DNA of 55,381 nt, taken from positions 1 to 55,381 of the IMG/VR virus record IMGVR_UViG_3300044644_001874. The stretch is one strand, 5' to 3'. Below, one piece after another: positions 28,080 to 38,000 of the stretch. The stretch's first letter is position 1; each line of letters opens with the position of its first letter. The notes beneath the pieces were generated by a model. The model had not been told where the DNA came from, made no database searches, and worked only from the letters and a program-made list of their open reading frames with translations. Made by a program: the position numbers and the translations under genes. The stretch comes from a virus. Its lineage: Duplodnaviria; Caudoviricetes.

Positions 28080-29081
28080 TTAATTTTTGTTTGTGTTTCT
28101 TTTTTCTTTTCGTGTAAGTTTCATAAATGGTTTGAGGAAATTTACCCAAGCTTCATCATTCTTGGGTAGATACTTGAAGAGTCCGTCCTCCATCATCATT
28201 CTCATCAAGTTTTTGTATCCACGGTCTGTGGGGTCTATTGTGTCTGTATGAATTTGTTCCACCAATTCTTTTCCTTCTTCAGTAATCAAAGGGTTATGTA
28301 GGTCAACGATTTTTTTGTTTGTATCATAGAAATCTTGGCCAAATGTACCGCTTTTAGTTTTACCAATCAAAATGTTTTCTAACGCCTTTGGTTTTTTCTT
28401 TTGCTCGATACTTCGTGCGTTATCCAAGATTTCTTCGATAGTACATGATTTCTCTAACAATTCGGGAAACAATTTGACCAAAGTCTTTTCTCCCAGCATT
28501 TCTATACCATCTATGTTATCAGACTTATCCCCTGTCATAATCTTGGTTAATAAGACGTTTTGGTGGGGTATGTTGACCTTATTAATAGTAATCATGTCTC
28601 CATGCCTATAATATTGTTTAGAGGTCGGAGAATAGATGGTTACCCGTTCTGATATAAGTTGAGTTAAGTCTTTGTCGGCAGAAAAAATTATGATTTCTTC
28701 ATCGATAGATAATTTGGTATAGTAAGCTATAAGGTCATCTGCTTCGTTGTTAATCATTTCAACTTGACGCACGAATATCTCCTCAAGGTATTGTTTGACC
28801 CGAGACTTCTGTTGAAGATATGATTCGTACTTAAACTCATTCATATCTTGACGACGATTTGCTTTGTATTGAGGATATATGGATTTCCTTATGGAGGAAT
28901 TGGAGTTTCCATCCCAAAATACCACAACCTTATCATGATTGTGTTCTTCTAAAAATTTTCTCAAGATGTTTATAAAATGGTAGATTCCACCTAAGTGGTC
29001 TCCACCATTATACAACTCCTTTACTCCATGAAATCCAATTTTGAACAGATTGTCTCCGTCCACTAATAACGTTTTAATCAC
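28080..29081 (-). CDS. 5'-3' exonuclease / flap endonuclease (T4 RNase H, PolI N-terminal-like)
   Basis: LLVDGDNL, VFWDG, YKANR, EADDLIA, SADKDLTQL and GDKSDNIDGI motifs; GTG start. Confidence 0.93.
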   Translation of the reverse strand: MIKTLLVDGDNLFKIGFHGVKELYNGGDHLGGIYHFINILRKFLEEHNHDKVVVFWDGNSNSSIRKSIYPQYKANRRQDMNEFKYESYLQQKSRVKQYLEEIFVRQVEMINNEADDLIAYYTKLSIDEEIIIFSADKDLTQLISERVTIYSPTSKQYYRHGDMITINKVNIPHQNVLLTKIMTGDKSDNIDGIEMLGEKTLVKLFPELLEKSCTIEEILDNARSIEQKKKPKALENILIGKTKSGTFGQDFYDTNKKIVDLHNPLITEEGKELVEQIHTDTIDPTDRGYKNLMRMMMEDGLFKYLPKNDEAWVNFLKPFMKLTRKEKRNTNKN

Positions 29082-29109
29082 AATTCGTGATTTAAGTGTG
29101 AATAATAAA

Positions 29110-30111
29110 CTAGTCTTCTTTTTCTTCTTTCAGAGTAAAATCACCATCAGTTCCGATAATATCTTTCCAATAGTCAGCATACTCTTTTTTGTATTTCTCC
29201 AATGAAACTTTCTCTTCAGCGGCCTCTTTACCTCCAATGAATCCGTGTGGAGTAACAATAATTTTCCCATCATCATAACCCAATCCGTTGATGTGGTTTT
29301 TCATTACAGAAATTTTTGTCCTTGACGCAAACTTAATCGTCCTTTTGTCTTTAGTTGCAGTAATCTTAGTTGTTCCTGCCCCCTTTTGATTTCCAAATAG
29401 AAATACCAAAGATGAGTTCAACCAAATTGCTTCACCTCCTTTTGCTTTAATTTTTGGTTGACCAAAAGGATTATCAGGAAGTTCAACCCAAGGCTGATTA
29501 ACAATTACTAAAGTATTTTCATACTTAGAATCTGCTTTACGAGACCCTGAAATACGTTGATTAATTCCCATACCAATTTTATCAGCCAAGGTAGACGCAT
29601 TGTGTTGCTTTCCACCCTTTCCCTCGTAAGTCATCTTACAAGGAACTGAACCAACAGAATCCCAAAGGAATAATAAACTATAATCCAACTCACCCTTTTC
29701 TTGAGCATCTAACAAACTATTAATGTAGTCAGTTATTTGTTCAATATAATCAAAGTTATTATTGAATATATAAAATCCATCCCAATCCAATTCACCTGTT
29801 TCTTCATCTACAACTTCTTCACATTGGAATCCCATCAACTTGGCGTGTTCGAAGGACCACTTCTGTTCCGTAATAATGAACACAGGAAGAATACCTTTTT
29901 TCTGAGCATCGACCGCAGCCTTTACCAAAGCCGTAGTCTTACCAGTATCGGAATGGCCCAAGAACATGTTAAGATGTCCAATGGCAGGACCAGGAAGTCC
30001 AACGGCATCCAAGAAATCAGATCCTAAGTCAAGGAATCTTTGGGGTTTATACTTTGCTGAAGTAGAAAATTTTTTCTTCAGACTTTCGAAATCGTTTTTC
30101 TTAATTGCCAT
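29110..30111 (-). CDS. recA: RecA/UvsX-like recombinase
   Basis: Walker A GHSDTGKT, Walker B LFLWDSVG, IVNQ and KGGEAI; start reassigned to the ATG at 30111 (MAIKKNDF). Confidence 0.88.
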   Translation of the reverse strand: MAIKKNDFESLKKKFSTSAKYKPQRFLDLGSDFLDAVGLPGPAIGHLNMFLGHSDTGKTTALVKAAVDAQKKGILPVFIITEQKWSFEHAKLMGFQCEEVVDEETGELDWDGFYIFNNNFDYIEQITDYINSLLDAQEKGELDYSLLFLWDSVGSVPCKMTYEGKGGKQHNASTLADKIGMGINQRISGSRKADSKYENTLVIVNQPWVELPDNPFGQPKIKAKGGEAIWLNSSLVFLFGNQKGAGTTKITATKDKRTIKFASRTKISVMKNHINGLGYDDGKIIVTPHGFIGGKEAAEEKVSLEKYKKEYADYWKDIIGTDGDFTLKEEKED

Positions 30112-30127
30112 AAGGTTAGGGAAATGA

Positions 30128-30156
30128 AACTCGGACACCATAATAGTATCCGAGTT
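30128..30156 (-). terminator. Hairpin between ssb and recA (terminator or processing site)
   Basis: Minus strand aactcggatac-tattatg-gtgtccgagtt, an 11-bp stem with one G-U pair, followed by tcattt. Confidence 0.6.
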
Positions 30157-30167
30157 ATTTTATTTAA

Positions 30168-31019
30168 TTAGAACGGAAGGTCTCCGTCAGGTTCGTCGTT
30201 AGATTGTGGGTCTACATATGTAGATTTTTTGGAACCTCCACCGAATGATTCGGTTTCAACTGAACTGTCACCATAAACGTAACCACCTTTTTCTGAATCC
30301 CACTTAGGAGTTTCTCCTCTTGCGATTGCCTCAAGGTAATCAACAGGTTTCTTAGAATAAACATCCAACCATGTCAACTCATCTTCCATCCAAGCCTTTG
30401 CTTGTTGTTTATCACTATGTACTGGTGCAGGGTCGTCATACATAATAGTTGAAACTGTAGTATACTCTTTACCCTTAGGAGTCTTTGCTTTAGCAAGTTC
30501 AATGACTAAGTCACGTCCTTTTTCAGGGTCAGTAATGTCTCCTTTGTTTCTCCAAATAGGAATAATTTTGTCGAGAATACCATCATTCTTGAAGTTGTGT
30601 TTGAATCTCCAAAACTTTGGACCATCTTCTTCGTGGTCTCTATCAATTACCTTTACAATATAGAATTTTCGTGAACGATACTGAGACGCCAATAATTTGT
30701 CAGACTCTTTACCTGTAGACATCAACTCCTCATAAACCTCATTCAACGGAGAACGTTCGTTGTCGTTTTTTCCTGGATCGTAGAACTTTTGCCACTGACC
30801 CCCCACTTGAATTTCGTGGTACCATGCTTCTTTGAATGGTGATGAACCATCTGAAGTTGGAAGAATTCTCACTCTTCTCTGTCCTGATTTCTCTTTGTCT
30901 CCTAAGATTAAAGCGAAATACTTTTTCATTCTTTCGTCTTGCGACATTTTCGATTGGGCCCCGCCCCCTTGTTGTGATTTTTCGTACTGTGCCAATACGG
31001 CGTCTAATGAACTCATCAT
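30168..31019 (-). CDS. Single-stranded DNA-binding protein (T4 gp32-like)
   Basis: RVRILP...PFKEAWYH, KVIDRD...GPKFWRF, DITDPEKGRDL and an acidic C-terminal tail ending DLPF. Confidence 0.85.
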   Translation of the reverse strand: MMSSLDAVLAQYEKSQQGGGAQSKMSQDERMKKYFALILGDKEKSGQRRVRILPTSDGSSPFKEAWYHEIQVGGQWQKFYDPGKNDNERSPLNEVYEELMSTGKESDKLLASQYRSRKFYIVKVIDRDHEEDGPKFWRFKHNFKNDGILDKIIPIWRNKGDITDPEKGRDLVIELAKAKTPKGKEYTTVSTIMYDDPAPVHSDKQQAKAWMEDELTWLDVYSKKPVDYLEAIARGETPKWDSEKGGYVYGDSSVETESFGGGSKKSTYVDPQSNDEPDGDLPF

Positions 31020-31053
31020 GTTTTTTATAGATTAAATTAATAAATTGTTTATA

Positions 31054-31084
31054 CAAAAATAAGAAAAAAGATGACAAAGTCAAA
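31054..31084 (-). promoter_or_regulatory. Bacteroidota primary-sigma promoter (-33 TTTG, 19 nt, -7 TAnnTTTG) heading the replication block
   Basis: Minus strand TTTG actttgtcatcttttttct TATTTTTG, 34 nt upstream of the ssb start and just downstream of a terminator. Confidence 0.75.
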
Positions 31085-31090
31085 CAAAAA

Positions 31091-31114
31091 AAAAGGTACC
31101 GAGAGGTACCTTTT
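31091..31114 (-). terminator. Intrinsic terminator ending the upstream structural transcript
   Basis: aaaaggtacc-gaga-ggtacctttt, with a T9 run after the stem on the minus strand. Confidence 0.8.
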
Positions 31115-31131
31115 ATGTAGTTTGTTCGATA

Positions 31132-31818
31132 TTACCTGAACGATGTTTTGTATACTTCATTGTCTAACCCTCCACCAGGTTGGAACGAATTTTTTACATC
31201 ATTAACGTTTATATCTGTAACCTCATCCGAAGTTAAAACATAATCATTTTTTCCTGTCTTTTCCATTTCCTCTTGCTTATCATCAAAAAATTGTGAAAGT
31301 TTTTGACTGAACGGATAAGAGTCATACGATCTTAACTCTAACTTTTCTTGTGGAGTTTTTTCTCTATACTTCTCTATTTTATTTTCAAGAGAGTTAAGTT
31401 TATTCATAATGTTATCCATCTCACTTAACTTAGATTGTAAATCATTAAGTTGATTGAATAAATTGTTGAAGTATTCTTCTTGTTTGGTTTCGATATTTTT
31501 TTGTGAATCTACCAATTCAGTAATATCTAATTCTTCAGAACCTGATTCATCTCCTTTTTCTTGTGATTCACCTTCATCGTCAATTTTCTCAACGTCAGGA
31601 TCTGATTCAACATCAATTGGTTGTGACTCAGTTGCTCCTGCTTCAGGTGCTGGTGGAGGTGTTGCTTCTGCGGGTGCTGGCGCTGGTTCCGCTCCTGGTG
31701 CAGGTGCTAATGCTCCTAACGCATCTTGTTCTGGTGTCGCTCCGACTTGCTCTAATATATACTGATTGATTTTTCTATGCCTTTCAATCTCCTTAATAAT
31801 TTTTTTATCTAAACTCAT
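31132..31818 (-). CDS. Acidic Pro/Ala-linker, coiled-coil protein (scaffold or internal-head-like, unassigned)
   Basis: APAPGAEPAPAP linker, an acidic tract, and the heptad segment LFNQLNDLQSKLSEMDNIMNKLNSLENKI. Confidence 0.65.
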   Translation of the reverse strand: MSLDKKIIKEIERHRKINQYILEQVGATPEQDALGALAPAPGAEPAPAPAEATPPPAPEAGATESQPIDVESDPDVEKIDDEGESQEKGDESGSEELDITELVDSQKNIETKQEEYFNNLFNQLNDLQSKLSEMDNIMNKLNSLENKIEKYREKTPQEKLELRSYDSYPFSQKLSQFFDDKQEEMEKTGKNDYVLTSDEVTDINVNDVKNSFQPGGGLDNEVYKTSFR

Positions 31819-31821
31819 GGT

Positions 31822-32046
31822 TTAACCGTTTAATAATGTTTTTATTCCGTTGGCGGTTTCTACTCTAACCTTTCGGTTTGCTGTAGTCTGATGACCAGCT
31901 CTTTCGATAAGTCCATCCCTTTCTCTTACTGTGTAGCAATCTCCTGTATCTAAATCACAAACTTGTTTAGTTCCATCTCCATTGTCCTCCTGAGAAAATC
32001 TTACAGATTTACCCAGATAATTGTCTAATGCTGTTTTTATGTTCAT
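31822..32046 (-). CDS. Small hypothetical protein (74 aa)
   Basis: ATG start preceded by TATTTATA; CDLDTGDC motif. Confidence 0.7.
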   Translation of the reverse strand: MNIKTALDNYLGKSVRFSQEDNGDGTKQVCDLDTGDCYTVRERDGLIERAGHQTTANRKVRVETANGIKTLLNG

Positions 32047-32085
32047 AAAAATCTTTTTATATAAATATGTGGGTTATGAATTAAG

Positions 32086-35000
32086 TTACTTAAGAATTAC
32101 CGTGATGTTAAATGATTGAATCACAGTTTCAATTATGTCGTCAGGATTATTAGTTTCATTAAATTTCACATACGTATCGTCGTGATTACATCTGAATATT
32201 ATTATATTATTTATTCTACTAACTTTACTAATATCATTTTCTTCATCAAGACTTCTACTTACAATATCGACAATATTAAAATCAGTAACAAAAAATGATT
32301 TCCCATCAGTCGAAAGATATCCTTCCAATTGCCTACTATCAGTTCTACTACCTATAATTTTCTCTACAAATGTATTGTTCGGACCAGGTACAGTACCAAC
32401 CGCTCTCCAACTCCATTCTACAGGAGTATAAATTTTCCAAGGCCCTGCATCGGGATTAACACCCACTCTTAAAGAAGTATCACCTCCAAGTAAACTACCA
32501 ATCGTTCGTCCTGTCAATACAACTGGCCCAGTTTCTTGTGGTTGTGTATTAGCGTTTGGAATACCAGGGGCAATTTGAGGTGGAATCGATGCTGAAGGCC
32601 CTTGAGCGGTAGTAGGTTGTGCCGATGTTGGAATCGTCACCATAGTCGGGTCATATGTGAAATTATTGATACTAGTTGTTGTACCATAATCCGTAGTCAA
32701 ACTAATCTTTTCTTGTATTTTAACTCCCTCCCCAACTTGAGGTACAGTAAATCTAATTGTTCCAGAATTCAAAATTGTCACGCCTGAGAACGGTACAATT
32801 GTAGTACCGATTTTAATTTCTTTAGTTGTTTCAAAATTAGAACCGTTTATCTGAACAATAGTACCTATGTTACCAATTGTAGGCGAGAATGATGCAATTA
32901 TTGCCGGAGGACAAGTGGAACCAGGATTAACTGGAATTACTGTTGGTGTTGGAGTAACTCCTGGAGTTTTACCCTTACTTTCAGTATTTTCAATCTTATT
33001 TTTTAATTCAATAGACAAATTAGTATCTGATAAACCAACTTCTAGCGCCGATTTGAGGGCTTCATACATTGTGTCTTTGGTTTGTTTGAAAGTGCCTATA
33101 TTTGAATCATAATAACTTTCTTGTATATTCGTTGTTGGCCAATAACATACATAGTACTTTACCAATCCAAGATTCAATATTTGGGGTTCTCGTGGTGTCA
33201 ATCTACCCGACATAAAATTTATGTATGAATCCAAAGATGCAAAATGGGCAACTGGCTGAGAAGAATTAGACGCAGGACTTGTTTTAATATTTACACAACT
33301 ATAGGTTTTTTGAATTTGAGAAACTTGTCCTGACAAATTTGTTTCTAAAGAAATTGTACAAAGATTGTAATTCCAGGCATTAAAACTTCCAATTTTTGTG
33401 GTTGCGTCTGGTTGAAATGTTCTAATATATGAAATACAATATATAATAGTTTGTAGAATAGGGTTGTTTGGTATTATTCTTTTTAGAGCATCTGCCAATT
33501 CTTTAGGAGTAACTTTCGTTGATACTCCGTTTTCTGCGACATATCCACCGTTTACATAAACAGGGTCAGTTATTTTAGATGTACAAGAATTTGTTGTATC
33601 CAAAGTGTTATCAGCTTTCTGTACTATTTGTGTTGCCTTTACATTATTTGTAGTCGCACTAACCGTAACTTGGTCTTTATTAATTTTTAACAATTCCTCA
33701 AGTCTCGTAATTAAATTTTGATTGATACTTTGTAAGAAACTATCAATCGCAGGCAAATCAAAGATACCTTGACGAATACCATCAAATGTAGTTTGAAATG
33801 ATCCAGGTTGAATTGAATGGCTAACGCTAGTAATCATATAAGGACCATTAAACATTGGAACATGCCTCACATTGAAATACATTGTTGGTTGTATCAACGC
33901 ATTACCTAAACTTGTAACAGTAGATTTATAAGATCTATTTTTGTATAAATTATACAAACTATTATTTTGAGTTGCCACTGCCCTACCAGATGCTTGGTCT
34001 ACCATGTTCAATTGGGTATTAATAGATTCTGAAGTTGCCACTCCATTATCTTGAGACACGGTAAACGAATAAAATATATTTTGATTTCTGGTTCCAACAT
34101 CAACATTAAATCCAACACACTTGTTTGACTTATCATAATCTTTTTTACCATCCTGATTTTCCAAAAGAGGATTTTCAGACGCTCTTCTCATATCAAAAGA
34201 ATCATCTCTGAATCTAAAATTCCCTTTAGGTAAATTCAAATATTGTGAAGGTTTACCAGTATAAAAACAAATCATTTTTGGGCCCGAATTTCTGTAGTCC
34301 ACATTTAAGAATGTTCCCCATAAGTTGTTTGCAAATTCTAATGACCCCTCAGGCTTGGCAGTTGCAACACCACCAACATCTTGGACGTTGTAAAAATTAA
34401 CGTATGCTGGTAATGGCATCACAGTAAAATTATTCTTAATTAAAATTCCACTTACGAATGTAAACACACTCATCGCTTGATTAAGTGAATATTCTCCCGG
34501 CTCTCCGCCAACACCAAACATGCTTTTCAAATCGAATATATCAAGTAATATTGTATCTCCAATATTTCTTGATGCTCTATCCAAAAACAAAAAGTCCTCA
34601 AACAAGGTTTTGGTTTTATAATCGCCACCAGCAATCCACTTATCATTAAGTGCTTTGAATACTTCGTAGTTTTCAACCTTACTTTGTTCTCCCGTTATTA
34701 CGCTATTAACTACACGTTCGGGTAGTTGTTGTTGATTTGGAAGTGCTTTTCTCAATCCTGTAAGAACTCCGTTCAAAAAATTATTTTGAAGACCTGTTTC
34801 TTGACGTAAGTATTGGCTTAGTTGAGTTTGAAACTGTGATGCGGTTATACCCGGATTATTTAATTTTTGTGTCGCATACATTTTAATAATCGGAGCCAAT
34901 AATGTCACGTTTTGACTTGTAAACTCAATATTATTATCTATAAAAAAGTCAGTAATGTAAGACCCCAAAGAACTATATCTTACATTAAGTATAGTTGAAA

Positions 35001-38000
35001 ATCCCACTTCAGTTTCAAGAGCAAACCACGCTTGTCTATTATTTGCTTGGGATTGGCTTAACGTCAAATTACTTCCCGCTTGAGGTAGGGAATTGGGAAC
35101 ATAAGGATTGAATGTAATTGGGTCGACAACTACTTCAGTATTATTATGAGATAAATAAGAATCAAATATTCTTCTTTCGTAATTTGAAGGATTACCATAC
35201 TTGAATATTACGTCATAATCCATAAACGATCTTATCCCACTTTGAAAAAGAGAATATTGATTGTTTATTGTATTTGTAAAATATTGTTCCTCTGTTTCAC
35301 TTTGTAACTTAACAGGCACTGTCATCAAACTCTTGAAAAGAGATTGAAAGTTTTTGAAGTTAGCATTCAAATTAACCGTGGATTGCCCAAACGTGGACAC
35401 ATCTTTACTTACGGAAGCATTACTAATAGGTCTACAAAAATTCAAAAACTCCAATTCAAATGAGTCCAAAATTTCCTTTTCAAAAACTGAGAAAACCTCT
35501 TCAATTTTTGTATATCTGTTTTGACTCAAAAAGTGTAATGGTGTCTGAGAGGTCGAACCTGTTGTAATAAAGTTTAAGTAAGAATCAGGTTCAGGAAACG
35601 CTAATTGATTATTATCAAAATATCCAAAATTTGGCGCTGGCCATAGACATCGAACAGACCCGTTATAAACACTAGTATTGTTAGTCAAATCAACTCTAGT
35701 TACAGGATTAGTTGTTTCATTTTGAATACACGAATTTACTGTTTGATTAAATGGTGTACCAAACGAAGGTACTACAAAATAATCCCCCCCTTTAGTATTA
35801 TCTTTAGGATTACAATCGATAGGCACTTCAGGACTCAAATTCGGTAATAAGACTGACCATGTACTTAACCTCAAATTTTTATCACCCTGTTTAGCGTTTA
35901 CAATGTTCGATGTACTGAAATTATATAACTTCATTCCAGCGTTTACACTGTTTTGAATTTCACTATCGGTATAGTTTTGATATAAGTCATATCCATTGTA
36001 AAATACATTGAAGTCATTAATTAGTTTGGGATAAAATCCAACTTGCATTTGTATTTGTGTTGGTCCTTCACTTTGTAAACTAATTCTGGTATCTACATTA
36101 GAATATTTGAAAGAGTACGTTTGGGTTATCGAACTTGTTGGAGGATAATAATTCTCAGCGTAACCGAAATTACCCCAGGCAGTTTCCAATATATCTACAT
36201 TAGATTCTTTATATTTTTTGTATCTGTGCCATATTGACCCATATTTCAATATCCAAGCATACGGTAACTTATGTATTGCTCCGAATTTTTTCAGTGAGGA
36301 AGATATGTAATCCAAATCTGAAACAACATCATTAGAAACTGATTTATATTTTTCCCTCAAAGTTGCCAAGGGTAACGAATTTAGGAACAAATAAGCCGCC
36401 TGAACGTATGGATATGTATTTCCTGAAATCCTAGAGTTATATACTCCGTTTTGAATTGCGTTTACAAAGTAAGGAGTGTTCAACATTGAAGTACTATACC
36501 TAACTCCTAAAGCAGTCGCAAGTCCAAAAGAACCAGCCAAATTTGGAGTAATTCCATCTACATATCCTTCTGTCGCAATAAAATTATCAGGACTTCTTTG
36601 GAAAAAGAATGATGCCAAATTATTGTTTCCTGAATTAAGAACTCCATCGGTTGAAGCCTCTACAGAAGGGTTACGATTTAATAGATATGAAAAATTTGTT
36701 ACAGGTCTATTAGTCGTGTAATCATATACATCAGTAAAGTTAGCAATTATTTTTCTTGGCTCAAAAATAGTTAAAGATTTGTTCGTACTGTACACTTCAT
36801 TCGAAGCAGCACTATTTCCTTGATTCAAATTATTCAAACACCAAGTTGGGTCAGTGTAAGGTAAGGTATCAACTATTAAAGGTGTATTAGACGCGTTATT
36901 TAATAATGACCTCAAAGCATCAGATTTAGTTGAAACTTGTGGTATTTTTCCAATATCAGAAGCATTAAGAATGGCAAAAGAATTTTCAGTAATACCTTTG
37001 ATATAAGGTGTTACAAAAAAGTCTCTGATGTAATCTTGATACGATCTACCTGTACCAGAATTCGATATTGTTCTAAGGAAATTTGGATAATTGGTAGCAT
37101 CAAGATTGAAATTTTTAAGTTTCAATGTTAAATACGGAGAACTTAAACCAAGTTTAGTTATAATATTATTAACCTCAGTTTCAATATTTAACTTAATCAA
37201 TTCATCAACTTGATTCAAATTTGCTCTTACCAACCCAGAATAATGTGACGTTAAAAATTGTCTCTCCCATATCTCATAGAAAAATTTTATTTCTTCTTTA
37301 TTTGTGTATGGTATCCCCAAAGATGGAAATTCGATAGCATTAATATTAATTATATTAGTATCACGTTCATTATCCAAAGGTGGAGGAGCTGTAGGGTTTT
37401 GAAACTTTTGAGTCAAACCCTTCATATATTCTTCCACAAATTCAACTTCAGGCCATTTGTCAAAAAGATATCCTTGAGTAGTATCCACCACTGTTGGATC
37501 GGCCAAATACTTAAGTTGGAACCTTCCTTTCTTATCATCGGGAGATTCCACAAAATATTGAGGCCACGGATAAACAGGTATTTGAGAATTATTTACAATA
37601 TCGTCAAGTTGATTTTGATTAACTAAAGTTGCAGGGTCTCTCACCACTTGGTCAACAGTTTCAGAACTTGGCGCTGATGCAGGATTATCTAATATCGCAT
37701 TTTTTCTAATAGGGTCGTATTTTACATTCCAAGCGTTTGTGTGTACATCATCCAATAATCTTATAAATCCTTCTGCGGAAGCCATGATTACTGCAATAAT
37801 ATTTCTTACAGTAGGTGTAAATCCAATACCTGTAGCAGTGTCTTCAATTTTTCTTAATAATAACGCAGATATTTCACTTTCATAATCTGAAAGTTTTTTA
37901 TTGGCTTGGGTCTCAAGTAAATTAATTTCTTTATCAAATCTTCCATCACCTTCAAATACAAACCATTTTTCGGCTACTTCATTGTATGATTTTTTACCAC

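Noticed and set aside
22717-30141. Track start positions 22761 and 30141
   Set aside because: The extensions run through promoter-motif or hairpin DNA; the ATGs at 22716 and 30111 fit better.
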